DNA of 6,181 nucleotides from a virus (Duplodnaviria; Heunggongvirae; Uroviricota; Caudoviricetes): IMG/VR virus record IMGVR_UViG_2693429562_000008; one strand, 5' to 3'. Shown piece by piece: positions 5,425 to 6,181 of this stretch (position 1 is its first letter; each line of letters starts with the position of its first letter). The notes under the pieces were generated by a model. It saw only the letters and a program-made list of their open reading frames with translations, ran no database searches and was not told where the DNA came from. The position numbers and the translations under genes were made by a program.

Positions 5425-5458
5425 TCCTTATGGACTTTGTTGTTTTAGTCCATAAGGA
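5425..5458. repeat. perfect 12-bp inverted repeat (TCCTTATGGACT / AGTCCATAAGGA) with 10-nt loop
   Basis: Read directly from the sequence. It overlaps the stop codon and last codons of the minus-strand ORF. Confidence 0.8.
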
Positions 5459-5763
5459 CATATTTGCAGAGTGCAACGGTTATTAAAGCATTCATTCAAT
5501 ACGTTATCTGTATTTGTAGGGCATTCCTGGCTATTTTTGATTGAATTCCAGAATGTTTTATTGAATGGTACTACGTTGTAAATGGTTACAGGTAGCACTT
5601 TGTTATTGAGCATGATGCCTGTGTGAGTCAGTGTAAATATACTTTCAGGAGGTAAGAAAGCATCCGATTGATACCAGATTATTAATTTTATTTTACTCCA
5701 TATGACTGAAAAAGATATTCCGCATGATGGCTGGATAACTGTATCAATCACAATCCACTTCAT
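5428..5763 (-). CDS. hypothetical protein, 111 aa, in AT-rich island
   Basis: Minus-strand ORF with AGGA 6 nt upstream of the ATG (mRNA AAGGAAACUAAAUG). Local GC is roughly 30-35%. Five Cys, Ile-rich; no domain recognised. Confidence 0.5.
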   Translation of the reverse strand: MKWIVIDTVIQPSCGISFSVIWSKIKLIIWYQSDAFLPPESIFTLTHTGIMLNNKVLPVTIYNVVPFNKTFWNSIKNSQECPTNTDNVLNECFNNRCTLQICPYGLKQQSP

Positions 5764-6023
5764 TTAGTTTCCTTGTTTATGCCTTGCTGGTGATGTTCTG
5801 AAAAGTATAAATGATATTTTTGAATGTAAACCATAGAGCAGAATTATTTTTCTGATGTTGTTTATTGTTTATTTAAATGCAGGGTGGTTTATATCTCGTC
5901 TTGTAGTTTATCCATGCATATCTGCTTGATAATCAGGTTTTTATTTAAGGTATGGTTTTGTGTTTTTTCTGTATTACATGTCAGGTATTTTAAAGAATTA
6001 TTTTTCAGATGGTGGAAAGAACC

Positions 6024-6181
6024 ATGGCATTTAAACACTATGATGTTGTCAGGGCGGCGCCGCCGTCAGATCTTGCGGAAAAGCTGACACATAAACTGAA
6101 AGAGGGCTGGCAGCCGTTTGGTAGTCCGGTGGCCATAACCCCTTATACCCTGAGGTGTACTGGCAATAGCGGACACTACCA
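6024..6181 (+). CDS. hypothetical phage protein, 5' partial (runs off window end)
   Basis: ATG at 6024 preceded by GGAAAG (6014-6019). The frame stays open for 52 codons to the window edge (MAFKHYDVVRAAPPSDLAEKLTHKLKEGWQPFGSPVAITPYTL...), and GC rises back to host-like values. Confidence 0.5.
   Translation, partial: MAFKHYDVVRAAPPSDLAEKLTHKLKEGWQPFGSPVAITPYTLRCTGNSGHY

Noticed and set aside
5884-6087. 67-aa + strand ORF
   Set aside because: AT-rich, low-complexity translation with no ribosome-binding site. It overlaps, in a different frame, the better-supported partial CDS starting at 6024.
1-6181. Insertion sequence, transposase or integrase
   Set aside because: No terminal inverted repeats bounding a transposase-like ORF and no recombinase motifs in any readable frame.

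Overview
The window reads as the late-regulatory / cargo region of a lambdoid prophage in an E. coli-like host. Left to right on the + strand: a small hypothetical gene, a RusA-family Holliday-junction resolvase, and a lambda-type antiterminator Q, with stop/start overlaps between them. A lambda-like pR'/qut promoter sits in the 3' end of Q, followed by a short tR' terminator and a three-gene tRNA cluster (tRNA-Ile2 CAU, a degenerate tRNA-like, tRNA-Arg UCU). An AT-rich island with a rare-codon-rich ORF follows, then a PF01555-type DNA methyltransferase whose 5' half is partly N-masked, then a second copy of the tRNA cluster (with an intact tRNA-Arg UCG in the middle position) and a strong terminator. 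The methyltransferase leader and start codon occur three times; two copies are 137/137 identical and bracket the methyltransferase plus tRNA cluster 2. The window ends with a second AT-rich island carrying a minus-strand ORF and the start of a downstream + strand gene. No Shiga-toxin-like genes, restriction endonuclease, transposase or CRISPR array are visible. Four N-runs (2740-3049, 3116-3256, 3335-3390, 4651-5127) cannot be read, so the methyltransferase N-terminus and whatever follows leader copy B are unknown. All calls are from manual reading of the sequence and recalled family knowledge; no searches or folding programs were run.
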